A stretch of DNA of 64,000 nucleotides from Felis catus (GCF_018350175.1 NC_058369.1:12402001-12466000), one strand, 5' to 3'. Positions 1 to 13,659 are shown, counted from the stretch's first letter. Program-made: numbers and translations. Notes: generated from the sequence alone by a model not told the origin.

Positions 1-1032
1 TCGACCCACATGCATGGAGAACACAGACAATCCAAAGCGAGACCCAGCCAGCTTTACAGGAACTCATAGGGGCCAACCTCCAAGAGACCGTTAAGCAAAC
101 CATCGAGGTGACAGGAGTGAGCTCCAGCACTGCCACATGAAACACCCGGTGGTGGGGCTGGGCGGGAAAGGGCCAGGCGGGGGAGCTGTGCAAAGATGCC
201 ACGGGGCTGAACCTGGCCTCTACTGTTGGCCCAATTTGGACTGAAGCAAGAGCAGCCACCGGTCAGCCCAGCTCCTCCCCATGAACAGGGAAGCCCGAGG
301 GAAATGCTGGGAAAACCACACATCATCTCTGCAGACCCAGAACGGGTGTGTGCTGACCACCGTCCTGAGAGACTGTGCCCACGGGGGGGAGGGGGGGGGG
401 GCAGGTCAGGTGCACCCTGCCTACCCACCACCAGCCTGCTCTGTGGTCTCTGAGATCCCTTCAGGCAGTGCAGTGCCCAGCATGGTGCCAGGCTACCAGT
501 CTACCAACCTGGGCCGCTATAGGATCTTGGGAGCCAAGAATACTCCAGAATTCCCCCAACAAGTCAGCAGTTGCTTCCTAAGCAACTACGGCAGGCCTGG
601 AGTATGCAGGAAGGCAAGTGTGGCCCAGGCCTGAGGTGTGGATAGAGGCGGCCAGAGGCAACAACAGAAGCAAAAGGGAAGCACCACAACCAAGGCTCAC
701 CTGAGCGGCCAGGAGCCCAGGTGCAGGGGGACCGGAACTGCGGCTACATCCAGAGAGTGCTTTTAAAAAGGAGGAGTAGGCTGGGCAAAAGTGACCACGC
801 CACACAGGAAGTCCAAGATGCCCCTGGTTAGCAGTAAGAGTGTGTAACATGTGCGTAACATTCAGGGTCTGGTGGCCCTCACTTTCCTGAGCACTCCCAC
901 AAGGTCACCACGTTCCCTGTGCTGGGTGGACAGGAAAAGAGCAACAGGAACTGCCAGAACCTGAGTGGGGGCCACACTGGTTAAGTCATTCGGCAAGTCT
1001 CCGGGTTAGGTATCAAGGAGCTCTTGTCTCCT

Positions 1033-1063
1033 TTTATTTATTTTTTTTAAAGCTTATTTATTT

Positions 1064-1124
<61 letters not shown>

Positions 1125-1332
1125 GAATATGCAAGTGGGGTTGGGGCAGAGAGAGGAGAGAGGAGGGAGGGGGAGAGGGTGGGGGAGGGAGAGGGAGAGG
1201 GAGAGAGAATGAAGCCCAAGAAGGCTCCCAGCTGTCAGCGCAGAGCCCGATGCGGGGCTGGAACCCACGAACCATGAGATCATGACCAGAGCCGAAATCA
1301 GACACTCCACCCTATGAGCCACCAGGTGCCCC
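1033..1332 (-). mobile_element. Can-SINE (SINEC_Fc family) with expanded (GA)n/(TC)n tract
   Basis: tRNA-derived head, long TC tract and A-tail; TSD-like gtctcctttta on both sides. Confidence 0.9.
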
Positions 1333-1929
1333 CTCGTCTCCTTTTAAATAGGAATCTGAGATCAGCAAACCCACCAGGGTTTAAACGTAACTAATGAAGG
1401 TGTGCCTGTCCTAAACTGGGTGGTAGCCATGAGCCAGGACACCACCTCAGCCCATTAGGCCATGAACTCCATATCAAATGCTCCAGGGCAGAAAGCACCA
1501 GAGAAGACTGCACCGGAGGTCAGTGGATGGCCTCTGATCCTGCCCACCCACCCAGCCCACTCGGCTGTTTCCTTAGCCTCTAAGTGGGAGGATGACAGAG
1601 GCTTCCTACAGGCTCCTAGAAGGGGCACAAGAGACACACACGGACGTCCAGGATGCTGCCTGGCACACAGTAGCGCTCAGAAAGGAGTCACCTCCTACAC
1701 TTGGGAGGTGATCAGGCCCAAGACCCCTCACCTATTGCCCTACAGCTCAAGGGCTCTGTGTATCTGTGTGGAGCTGGAGGAACCACAGTGGGCACAGGGA
1801 CTTTCTCAGCAGGCAGTCCTGTAACAGGGCCACCGTGGAGAGAACCAAGGACACAGTCACCCATGGAACAGAAAGGTGAATCTGTACATTGTGTCAAATG
1901 TCATATAAGGATGGACACGCACAGCCCGT

Positions 1930-2380
1930 GACCCAGCGATTCCACTCTGAGGCACATACCAACAGAAATGTGAACACCCACGCATGGAGAATATATTCAG
2001 AACAGCCCCAACTAAAAACCACCTGAATGGCCGTCAACAGCATCGTGGATGCCCAAATCACGGTCTATCCATTTAGTGTGGAATGAACAAACTGCTGCTA
2101 CACTCAACATTAAAGATAAATCTCAAAACAGTGTCCAGTGAAAAAGTCCAGTAGAAAAGAATGCATGCAGTCTACATTGGATTGAAAGCTCCCAAGCAGG
2201 CAAAACTTCTCAGTGGTGACCAAAGTCAGGGAAGCTGGGGATGGGGAGCTGCTTAGACAGGGAGCAAGGGTGGCTTCTGGGGAAACAAATGCTCTATTCC
2301 TGGACCTGGGTGAGGGGTAACTAAGATGCAATCATTGCACATGCATTCCGTAAAATGTAAAGCTCACAACCGGCGCCCTT
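1930..2380 (+). mobile_element. Old L1 3' end fragment (L1M-type)
   Basis: gacccagcgattccactct... and attcctggacctgggtg... motifs typical of L1M 3' ends. Confidence 0.6.
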
Positions 2381-3099
2381 CTGGATGATCTTAAAAGCCA
2401 TCCTGTCCCAGAAACTGATGCCAGAGCTGCGGGGTTGAAGAGGAGGAGAAGGCACTGCAGAGTCAGTCCCTGGCTCCCCCACAGTGGCACAGACCACTCT
2501 GAGGTCCCGCAGAGAATTGCCGCACAAGCCCCGGCTACCTGGGACACACAGCATACCTCTGCTTCAAAGCTCACAGAGAAACGTGTCCACACGCTCCTGC
2601 CCCTGGCAGAGGTCAGGTCTGGGGAGGACAAGTGTGCTCTGCAGCTTCCAGGGAAGGAGTAACTCCGCAGCTCAGAGTCCCCAAGAAGAAGGAAGCTTGA
2701 ACATTACTGGAGAGACAGGCAGGCAGCACCTACTGCCTGGGCACTGCTGGCCAGCACTGTGCTGGGCATATGTCTCTTACCATATACCATGGCCTCTTTT
2801 GAGGCCACACACCCCCAAGTAGGTATTATGCTGTTTCCCCAGCATGGAAGCCAGGGCACCCATTAAACACCTGGCCGCAGGTTCATTTCTGACCTAAGCT
2901 GTTAATTCTGGGCAGTCAGCCCATGCCTGATTCCATGCAACAGGCCATTAGCAAGTATACAGGTGACCTGGGCAGAAAACGACAGCCGGCTTGAAGGAGG
3001 GCAATGGAACAACTAAGGAAAGGAAAGTCTTCATGTCTAACCCAGGAAAGAAGATACCAAAGAAAACTAGAAATTAGAGGAGGGGGGAGAGTGGCAGAT

Positions 3100-5505
3100 A
3101 ACATTTTAAAATCAAAGTAACCTGCCATATTAAGAGGCTAAAAATGAAAAAGCCTTGTGATTGTTCCAAAAGATATGGGAAAAATATTTGACCAAATTGG
3201 GCATGTCTTCCTGATAAAAACTTTGAGCAAACTAGGAACAGAAGAGAACCTCCTCGGTCTGACAAAGTGTTTTGACAATATCCACGGCTAACATCATATT
3301 TGATGGTGAATGGCTCCATGTTTCCCCCTAACAGGTACAAGACAAGGATATGTTCTATTCAGTCTTGTCAGGAGGTTCCAGTCAATGTAATAAGGCAAGA
3401 AAAAGGGGAAAACAACAACAACAACAACAACAAAAAGGACATCTAGATTGGAAAGAAGGAAGTAAAATGGTCTTTATTCACAAATAACAGAAGTCTATAT
3501 TGAAAATCTTACAGCATCTCCAAAAAAGTTACCAGAACAAGTGAATTTAGCAAGGCTGCAGGATACAAGTTCAATATAAAATTCGACTGTACTTCTATAT
3601 GCATTTTCATTCAGAAAATGAAATTTTAAAAAACCAATTCCAGGGGTACCTGGGTGGCTCAGTTGGTTCAACACCCAACCCTTGATTTCAGCTCATGTCC
3701 TGACCTCATATTTGTGAGATCAAGCCCCGCATGAGGCTCCGTGCTGAGCATCGAGCCTGCTTGGCAGTCTCTCTCTCTCCCCCCCCTCTCTCTGCCCCTC
3801 CCCCGTGCATGCACCTGCATATGTGCTCTCTCTCAAAATAAATAAACATTAAAAAGCCCAATTCCATTTATAATAGCAATTAAAAATATAAAGTACCCAA
3901 GGATACATCTGACAAAAGACATGAAAGCCTTCAACAGTGAAAAGTGCAAAATATGGCTGAGAAAAATTAAAAGAAGCATCAATAATCGGAGAGATACACA
4001 CAGTTAATGGACTGGAAGAGTCAATAGTGTTAAGATGCCATTTCTCCCCCAAACTGATCTACACAGTCAATGCAATCCCAACCAAATTCCAGCAGGGTCT
4101 TTTAGAGAAACTGGTAAGTTGATTCTAAAACGTATATGGAATCACACAGGTCCTAGAATAGCCAAGAAATTGGGAAAAAGAGAAAATCAGAAGATTATAA
4201 TTAAGACAATGTGGTACTAACAGTAAAGACAGACAAACAGACCAATGGGAACAGAACAGAATCCATTAACAGACCCACACATTCATGGTCAACTGATTCT
4301 TAACAAAGGTATTAAGACAATTCAATGGGGGAATGAATAATCTTTCAATTAACAGTGCTAGAATAATTGGATAGCCGTATGCAAACAACAAGTAAAAAAT
4401 CCTTGACCTCTACCTCACAAGACATACAAACATTAACACAAGATAGATCATAAACCTAAATGTAAGAGTTAAAACTATAGAACATCTAGAAGAAAACACG
4501 GGAAGAAAATATCAGTGACCTTGGGCTTGGGAAGGACTAAAAATATAACAGAAAAAGCATAAAATTTAGAGAAAACATAAAGTGGATTTCATCAAAACTG
4601 AAAATCTTTGCTCTTCAAAACGTGACACTATTATGAAAAAAGGGGGGGGGGGGCAAGCCACAGACAGGTTGAAAATATATATGAATCACATAGCTAAGAA
4701 TGGACTTGCATCTAGAATACATTTTAAAAGACCTCTTTCAACTCAATGAGTAGGCAAAGAACCCAATTCCAAAAAAAAAAAAAAAAAAAAAGGAAAAGTG
4801 GTTTGAATATTCAAATCTTTCATAGAAAAGACATGCATGGGAAATAAACACATGAAGAGATGCTCAGCATTATTAGTCATTAGGAAAATGCTTAAAACCA
4901 TCACTACAAAACTATTAGAAGAGCTAACGTGAAAAAGGCTGACCACACCAAGTGCTGGCCAAGATGTGAAGTGACAGGAATTCTCATACACTGCTGGAAG
5001 TTATCATGTGGTATAATCACCTCGGAAGACATGTGGGCAGATTCTTAACCCGGAAGTCCATCAACACAGGGGTTAGGTAAGTGAACTGTACTATATCCAT
5101 AGGATGAAGTAACGGATCTTGCTCAGTATTCAAAAAGCAACAAAAAAGAATGAACTCTTGACATAGAGTTTTCAGATGCATGAATCTGAAAATATGCTGA
5201 ATGAAAGAAGAACCCAGACCAAAATAAAACAAAAAACAGCACATAGTGCATGATTTCACAAAATTCTAGGAAAGGCAAGCAAATTCTACAGTGACAGAAA
5301 GCAGATCAGCAGTTGCCTGGGACTGAGATAGACTAGAGGGAAGATTACAAAGGTGCAAAAAGAAACTTCTGGAAATGATGGATATGTTTATTACCCTGAT
5401 TGTGGTGATAGTTTCTCAGAGGTATATAGGTCAAAATATATCAAATTACACACTGTCAACGTGCAGTTTACTATAGGTCAATTCTACTTCAATAAAGCTG
5501 TAAAA
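3100..5505 (+). mobile_element. Degenerate L1 (ORF2 3' part plus 3'UTR), antisense to MED26
   Basis: ORF 4035-4220 (...NPNQIPAGSFRETGKLILKRIWNHTGPRIAKK) resembles L1 ORF2. Ends with aataaagctgtaaaa at ~5491-5505. Confidence 0.85.
3643..3856 (+). mobile_element. Can-SINE inserted in L1
   Basis: ggggtacctgggtggctcag head and A-rich tail; TSD-like ccaattcca on both sides. Confidence 0.9.
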
Positions 5506-6095
5506 CAACTGTGGAGGGAGATGATGCATGCAACAAGACGGGTGAAAAGAAGGGGCAGTAGGCAAACAGCAAGAACACTTTTTTGTTGCAGGGGAGGCAT
5601 CAGCCCCCCCAGACCTCCCTGGGGGTGGAAGGCGGAGCTGCAAGTTCCTTCGCCCCTCACTAAGATGAAGGGGCTCACTCCTGGTCATCCCACCGGTATC
5701 ATAAAGACAACAAATTCGATGTTGCATGTAACAAGGCTCCAGGAGGCACCAATAAACATCAGCTTTTCTTTCTGGGACATTCTACATGCCCCTACAAACA
5801 CCTGTGCATCCAACACACTGTGAATCTGAACTGTGGCTTAAAATAGGTGATCTGTGGCTTAGAACAGGGCCCCAGCCCTCAGGGGGACACACTATGGCTG
5901 AAGCTCGGTGACAGCGTCTCATAGGTTGTGAAATCAAAGGCTTAGCAGCCACCAAAGGCTGAACTTAAGGACATGTGCCTTCTTCAGCCTGTCCTCACGG
6001 TTTTGCCATTCTTCAACTGGAGACCCAAGGGAGGGGGCCGCCTTCCCATGCTCACATGGAAGAAAGGCCATGGCCACGAACATCTACAGAAAATC

Positions 6096-6312
6096 TTTTT
6101 TTTTTTTTTTTTAATTTTGTTTTCTTTATTTTTGAGAGACACAGTGCGTGTGGGGGCGGGGCAGAGAGAGACAGAGACACAGACTCGGAAGCAGGCTCCA
6201 AAGCTCCGAGCTGTAGGCACAGAGCCCGACGCGGGGCCCAAACCCACGGACCGTGAGATCATGACCCGAGCCGAAGTCGGACGCTCAACCGACTGAGCCA
6301 CCCAGGCGCCCC
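6096..6312 (-). mobile_element. Can-SINE, young
   Basis: Perfect 19-bp TSD aacatctacagaaaatctt (6079-6097 and 6313-6331); CpGs retained. Confidence 0.95.
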
Positions 6313-7269
6313 AACATCTACAGAAAATCTTAGGCGAACGACAGTCCGTCTGTTCTTCCCTAAACAGTGGCGTGAGCAACGACTGGTATCCATCCTCCTG
6401 ACAAGAAAACAGCCTCTATATGTCTGAGGTTTCTTTTCCCTCCCACCTCTGCATGGTTTTCTCCAATGGGAACTAAGCTCCTGTGACCAAATGTGTCTGG
6501 AATCCTGACTCTCCCTGCAGACAGCTGAGCTAGACCCTTAGTTAGCACCGTCAAGTGTGACCTGGGGCTCAGCAGCAACAAGAAGGGTGAAAAGAAGGGG
6601 CAGCAGGCAAACAGTAGGAAGCACCGTCACCCAGGGTTTCTGCAAGAATTCTGCTTCAGCTCCAACAGGGACCAAGTAGCTTCTGTGGGCTGGGCCAATG
6701 ACCGATTGCAACACCAGTGACATTTCGCAAGGGGAGGGGATACTTCCCAGGTTCCAGTCAACTGCTTCACATACCACTGCCTTGGAGGAACATACCTGGT
6801 TCAAAAGATAGCAGCTGTGAGAACATCACCAAACCCTCAGTTCTGAAAACAGTCAGTCAACTAAAATAAAAACTCACACACCTCACACTCAGCTGAACCT
6901 CGCCCAGGACTTGACCGGTCAGCCTGCACCAAGCTGGTGCTGCCTCTGCCACAGATGCCCACCCGTCCACACTCCACCTACCGCCAGGCTCCCGCAAGGA
7001 GAAAAGCACAAGTCCCCTGCCACAAGGCAAAAGGCACCACTGCCTGGGGGGGGGGGGGGGGGGGGGGGGGGAGGCAGAGGGAAAGCCAAGGCCAGAGCAA
7101 GAGGAGGCTGGCTATCCCCCGTCCCCTGAGGCTGTGGCGGCACAGACTTTGTTGCTCCTCCAGGCGAGCGTATTTGCTCAGCAGGACTCAAGGGCTTTGG
7201 GGAGAATCTTTCGTTTTCAATACAGTGGCCTGGAAGTTACCACAACCACAAATATTTTCTCCAACTTAC

Positions 7270-7336
7270 CTTCTTGGCAACCCTGGAATTATTCCAAAGG
7301 GTTACATAAGGAAGGAGAAGAAGCCGTGTGAGGTTT
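7270..7336 (-). other. MED26: Candidate cassette (poison) exon in MED26 intron 1
   Basis: Minus-strand acceptor tgtttggtttctctgttccttttatgtctggctttgcag| and donor AAG|GTAAGT flank 67 nt. In-frame TAA at 7291-7289. Confidence 0.5.
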
Positions 7337-8734
7337 CTGCAAAGCCAGACATAAAAGGAACAGAGAAACCAAACATCACAATCCACCACGGTGGCTTGGT
7401 GACAGCGGTGACAGCATCATCTGCTGGGTGGCGGCACTGCTTGCCATGGCGGATGAGTGGGAGGTTGCTGGTAAAGGATGAGGGCACAGGGCAGGGTCAC
7501 GACAGCTCCCGAGGCCACATGCCACCAAGAGCCAAATCAACTGCTTCCTGCCAGCCTTCGCTGCTGGAGGCCTCACTGGGCCGGCGCGGACTCCCGCAGC
7601 ACTTCCTGTCTTGCTCCAAACTACCTGCATCTCACAGCAGGGGAAGCGGCGGCCAAGCTGACCCTGAGGCCAGGAGCCCACCCCATGGCTGACAGGCGGA
7701 GGACAGAGCCCGCAGCGAGTCCCGTGGTCCCCTTTACCAAGGTCCAAGGACAGCAGGGTCCCGGCTGGACTCCGGGACAAGCCCTGCAGCGGCTTTTCCT
7801 GGTCTGAAGTGCACGCAGGCAAAGAACACTGAGGGGCACTGGGAACAAAGAGGATTTCACTATGCACCGTATTTCCTTTTACGTATCATTTGCTAACATC
7901 ACTTCCTCAATATTTTAAACCTATTTTCTGACGTATTTTCTTGAGCCTGTTTTTCCCCTTTTCATCCTCACCATACAGTTGGGTAACCAAACACGTCGGC
8001 CACAGCAAAAACATGCAGGAGCGCAATTAGGGGAAGAGAGAGAAGGAGGGATTTGACTGCAACCTATGGTAACACCACAGAGGAGCTTACCTGCCACCAC
8101 ACCGAGCACCCAAACGAGCACCCAAACAGCTTTGCCTGGGCAACCTGTCAGCAGAGCTGAAGAGGGGCTGCCCGCTCTGCCTCCCCTGCTCTCTCTTCAC
8201 AGCTCGTCCGGCACCCGCCCTGCGGCCTCATCTCCCTCCACCCAGAGCTCCTCAAGCCCCAGCCCCACATCCTTTCCTTCGGTCTCCACATCTCGTCTCG
8301 GAGCTTCCTGGACTTCCTGCACGGTCCCGCCTTACGCGCTTCGTATCTGCATTGCAAGCCCCGGTGTTCCATCCACACTCCAACCGCCCACCTGGAGGCT
8401 CTTCTTCCGCATCTCAGAGGCACTCGGGGTATCCACGGGCCACTGGGCACCCCCCCCCGCCCCCGCTCGTTGGACCCTGCTCCTGCAAGGCTTGTGTGCT
8501 GGGAGCAGGAGCACCCCTGGAAAGAGGCAAGCCCAACGCCCGCTAGCCCCCCTTACCCTCCCCTCTGGCAGGCACTGCGCCTCCAAATAAACCCACCCGC
8601 ACTAACCCCTTAAGCGTGTGGTCTTTACACTCTCATTTCAACCCCCAGATATGGTGGGCCTGAGCCCACCTCTTTAGCCAACTGTGTCAGGTGCTTTGTC
8701 TGAGTGTGCCTGCATATGGCTCCGTAACTTTTTA

Positions 8735-8951
8735 AAATTTTTTTAACATTTATTTATTATTGAGAGACAGAGACAGACAGAGCATGAGCATGGGAAGGGC
8801 AGAGAGAGGGGGTGAGATACAGAATCCGAAGCAGGTTCCAGGCTCTGAGCTGTCAGCACAGAGCCCGACGTGGGGCTTGAACTCCCAAACCGTGAGATCA
8901 AGACCTGAGCCGAAGTTGGACGCTTTACCAACTGAGACACACAGGCGCCCC
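8735..8951 (-). mobile_element. Can-SINE
   Basis: Consensus body; TSD atggctccRtaacttttta at 8716-8734 and 8952-8970. Confidence 0.93.
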
Positions 8952-11900
8952 ATGGCTCCATAACTTTTTATGCCCTGAGTCTCCTCGGTCCCTTTGGTTT
9001 TCCTCTCCTCTGAGAGCATCTTCTGAGCCACCACCTTTGTCACATGTGTGCCCTCTCGAACTCCCAAAAGCCCGAGAGATAGATACCAACATCATGGCTC
9101 AGGTCTGACCCCAAAGGCCAAACTCTGCAGCACCGTCTCCCCTGAGCCCCTTGCATTCCCGCTGACCTGAGCCACGGCAACGTTTCTGTGGGTGACTTTC
9201 TGGCACTTGTCCAGAAACAGTGACAACTACGTAGTTGAAATTGCATTACAGATGCTATTTTCTCTTTTCATTTAACTCTCACTTCCTCTTATTGCTACAT
9301 AATCTTCATAATGATCATGTTTAACAGCTAAGTATTTCATCAATGCCTCATAATTTCCCTGACCTTCTCCAACTGCTGGACATTCCATCTCCTTCCAGGT
9401 TCTCTGATTGCAACCAATGTTGCAATGAACATCTTCAAACATACAACTTCCTTCTCTCATTTTTTTTTTCCTTAGGAATAAACCCCCGGTGTTAAAATTT
9501 GCTCCAAGGGTCCAAATACTTTAATGGCAACGGGTACGGCCGCAACTGTTTTTGATTCTCGGCTTACACAATGCAGTGACCCCTTTGCTAGGGAGGAGAA
9601 AGCAAAGTGTCCCAAAGAGGTGGGCCCACCTGCCGGGCAAAGCTGCACACAGGCTGTCAGGGCTGCTATCCTACTCTTGTCATCTATCCATCGACTCTGC
9701 ACAAGTATGGCAGTGTGTCTCCAGATAGGGGTGCCAGCAGGGGAAGGAAAGGGGACCCAGGACAGACAATCCTCCAGGTTTGGCACTGAACCCACCTCCT
9801 TGCACAGACATACAGAGAGAAGAACTGGGCTCCGCCCACCCACTGCTCGGCTGCTGGGGAGACAGGCACATTATCAGTGAGACCGTCACCCTACCTAGTG
9901 GGGCTATGACACACCTGCATGGACACAACGGCAAAGGGCTGGGGATATTCCTGGAATGTGGGCTGGCCAGGAGGCTTGAAATGGAAGTAACTGGAGCAGA
10001 TCTAGCCGCCTGCCATCACTCTCTTGCACCCCTCCAAAAAGGAATGGGGGTAGCAGGATCTGGGGTGGGATCTCTAGAGACTCATCTGGGTGTCTTGGGC
10101 AAAGTGAGGCCCTGAATGGGGGATGACAGCTTGCTGTCCCTTCCCGTCTGCCCACCTCTCGGCCGGTGACCGCTATGTGGCACAGCACACTACAACCCCA
10201 AACCTGAAAACCAGCCATAAACTGGGCCAACCTAAGGCAATGCAGACTCAAACTCCACAAGAGGACAGCAACCCCACCACGCAGTCTGCATCCTGTAAAC
10301 CACGCAACAAGAGGATGGCCCGTTCGTGCTCACGTAATGGGGACATCAGAGGTAACAAATACCCCCGGGCCCATGAGGATGGCAAGCATGAGCCCCTGAG
10401 CACTCCATCAGGCATCACCCAGACAATTAAGTGTCTGGCTCTTTCTCCAGGAGCTCTGGGTATTTTTAGGACCTACGTACAGTGGGTGAGCCACAGCCTG
10501 GGATGACAACCCCAACCGCTGTTCCCAACTCTGTGCCCAGCACGACTGGCTTACAAACACAATCTCTATTCAAAGCAACCTCAAAGGCAAGTTTAATTCT
10601 CTTTTCACAGATGAAGAGACAGAGACCCTCACCCAAGGCCAGACCAGGTGAGCCAAGATCTGAACCCACACCTGTCCGACTCCAAATCTAAGGGCTCTGG
10701 TGCTGCTACCCTATATACTATATCCCGGTGTAACAAATTCTCCAACATTTCCACTTTTAAAAGTCCATTGTGGCAATCTATTTCTTTGCAAGCAAGAAGC
10801 TGACTTCCCCTTGTTGTTTAATGCCCATACATTTATGATGAGAAACTGGAAGCAACCAGCTAGGACAAACACGCATAGGCAAGCATTAGAACAAGCTCAT
10901 TTTCAAAAACTGCCACTGGAAAACGCTGGAGAAAGGACACTGAAACTGCCTTCCCCGACTCTGTCCTCTCCAGTTCCCGCTTGCACACAGAGGTACCCAA
11001 CTATGTGGGCGACTCGGTGCCTTGCAGCCACTATCCGTCCCATAGTCTTGCAGCATCACTGCATGGCCACTTTCTGAGGCTCTTTTTAAGCTGCCTCCTT
11101 GGGGCTCCCAGAGCCCAGGCCCGTCCCAGCCCCAGGCCAGTCCAAACACAAACTATCCCTTTGATCCAGGTCCCATGTGGGTTCTGGGGACACAAAGGTG
11201 AGGGGACCCAGCCTGCCTCATAGTCTTCATTACCTCAGCAGCACCTGCTGATAGCACACCCTGCACCATAACCCTGTTTTTCTCTCCCCCAACACAGCAA
11301 GTAGAATTCACAAAACTTGTTACCATTGAGAAGTCACATCAACAACTGACATCCTCTGCATACCCTGTGATGACTGCCAAACTGTGCAAGCTGCCGGCAC
11401 TAGATAACGGTCCCAGTCTCCTGGGATATCCCAGACCTGGGCCCCTACCTTGCCACCCTGCTACCCTGTGACCCCACGGTCCACAGCTCCCAGGTCACCT
11501 GCAGCACCAATGATGAAGACAACCTCACTTCCGACACCAGCGTATCAGGCCTGCCACGCTACACTGATCACCTGTAATAAGCATTAGGACTAACTCTAAG
11601 GGAGAAAATGTGCTAAGATGACAGACATATCAGATCTAGTAAGTTCAGCAGTAGCTGGAAACTCAGACACTGTTAGTGAATAGAAGTAATGACTACAATA
11701 AACAAAACAGAAGTAATAAAAAATACAGTACACGGACCGGGAAAACAACTGATACCAAATCCCAGCTCCCACTCAAACCTCCAGAGCCCCACACACATCC
11801 CCAGAAAGCTCCTGGAGGGGGTCGGCACTCCCCTGGACCCTGAAGCAGGAAGAAGCCTTGTAGAAGAGACTGCTAGTCAGGCCAGGGCTCCTAGGGCACC

Positions 11901-13656
11901 TGAAGGCGTGTCCTTCACATTGTCCCCATTTCACTCCTGTCCTAAGCAATAGTAACTGGCCTTTGGGCAACGAGTTATATTTTTTCTAGTGCCATTACAA
12001 TAGATGCACAGCTGTGAAAATAAAACATGTTCACCTCCAAACCCACAAAGCCTTTTCCCACGGTGGGCAACACTGATCCCCCCGCCCAGAGCCTTTGCTC
12101 TATTTACTGGCAGCCTCTTCAACTCACAGACGGGCTGGAGTCTCTGCCCCTCCAAAACAGATGCCACACATCTCACAAAAAGACCACAGATATGATGCAA
12201 AGTGTGTGCGGGCCCTGCCCGAAGCAGCAGAGTGGGACTGCAGCAGCGACGGGAGGGGAGAGCAGGACCACGTTTCAACTAAACACTAAAGTACTAAACA
12301 CTACTTTTTCTGCCCCCTGAACCCCACAGTAAGGTGAGAGGAGCCAGAAAAAAAACCACTCACACACTGCTACAAACTCCTGACCAAGGGATCTTCTCAC
12401 TTCTCCCTGCTTCTCTAAGACTTGGGTTGGGGCCTCCTCTCGGGGTGGCAGGCATTCATCTGATCCCCGCTCAGTGCCTGCTATATGCCAAATTCTGTGT
12501 GGGGGTGGGGTGGGGACTGTCCTCAAGCCCGCAGTGAGAGTCCCATCCTGGTGATGGAGACAGGCGAGTGTACCAGCAGGGCTCCAGTGAAGGCACTGCA
12601 GGGAGGGGAGAATGGGGGTACAGAGCCATAGGCATGCACAGACATGGAAGGGGGAGGTACAGGGGGACTGTGAGGCAAAAAGGAAGAGGCAGGCAGAGGC
12701 CTGCTGTGCCAGACATTGGTTTGGGAGGAGCTCCAAGCTCAGCCTGTCTTGTCGAATTTGGGGTGCTCTGGGGATGTGCGGTGGAGGGGGCTGAGCTGGG
12801 CTGGGGTTCCCAAAGCCCCTCCACATGCTGCTGGTACTGCCTCCCCCACCCGCACCAGCCTTGGGCTAGAACTGGGGTTCTGCTGTAGCACCCTGCTGTG
12901 GGGCAGGGCCAGCCGCTCTGGGTCTCGTCTGTGCCCTGGGACCCCACGCAGAAGTCTTTCCACCAAAAGGCACTAACCGCCACTTGCCACAGGGGCACGG
13001 GCTCTGCCTCTGCCTCCCTCTTGGCGTTAACACTGGGTTCCCACCAGGGTGAGTAAAAGAATAGGGAGATAAACCCCGCTTCCCCTTCACTGATCACCGA
13101 CCAAGGCCCTTGGCTCCTGAAGTTGGATCTGGACTCAGAATCTTTTTTAATCTGGGTAGGTAAACCGCTGAGCACTGGGGTGCAGGGGGAGCCCAGCCCA
13201 TCCTCTTCAGTAATACGCGGCAATCTCCCCCTCCCCTGACCTGAGTTCCTCTAACTGTATGTCTGCCAACAACACCCAAAGGGAGCCCGTGTCTGACGGT
13301 CTGACCAAGACTCTAAAACACACAAACACACAAAACCACACATGCGCCTCCCTCCCCCCACCCTGACCCAGAGGCCCTGTCATAAAGTCGCAGCCCTGCT
13401 TTCTAAGCCCCGATCGGCACCTCAGGCTCCTTTCTTCCAAGGCTGTCTTCTCACTGCAACTCTGATACTGCCCCCGCGTCAAGCAGGAGGAGGTCTCTGG
13501 GTCCGCCCCCCCCCCCAAGTCTGTCACTCCCAGTGATAAGCCTGCAGGCGCTGCTTGTTGTGGGAGCTTTGCCTGGAAGATGCACTATGAAGAACTGGGT
13601 TCTTTACAGCCTCAGTAAGGCCAATTAGGCACTACTCTATTAAAAAATTCTTTCTT

Positions 13657-13659
<3 letters not shown>

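Noticed and set aside
701..921. Possible minus-strand exon (cccag| ... CAG|GTGAGC)
   Set aside because: Does not encode MED26 exon 2, has only moderate splice sites and no other support.
6937..7692. 251-aa + strand ORF
   Set aside because: Runs through a poly(G) homopolymer, has no recognisable domain and is antisense within an intron.
8091..8156. Second possible minus-strand cassette exon (CAG|GTAAGC donor)
   Set aside because: The acceptor pyrimidine tract is short; not distinguishable from a pseudo-exon.
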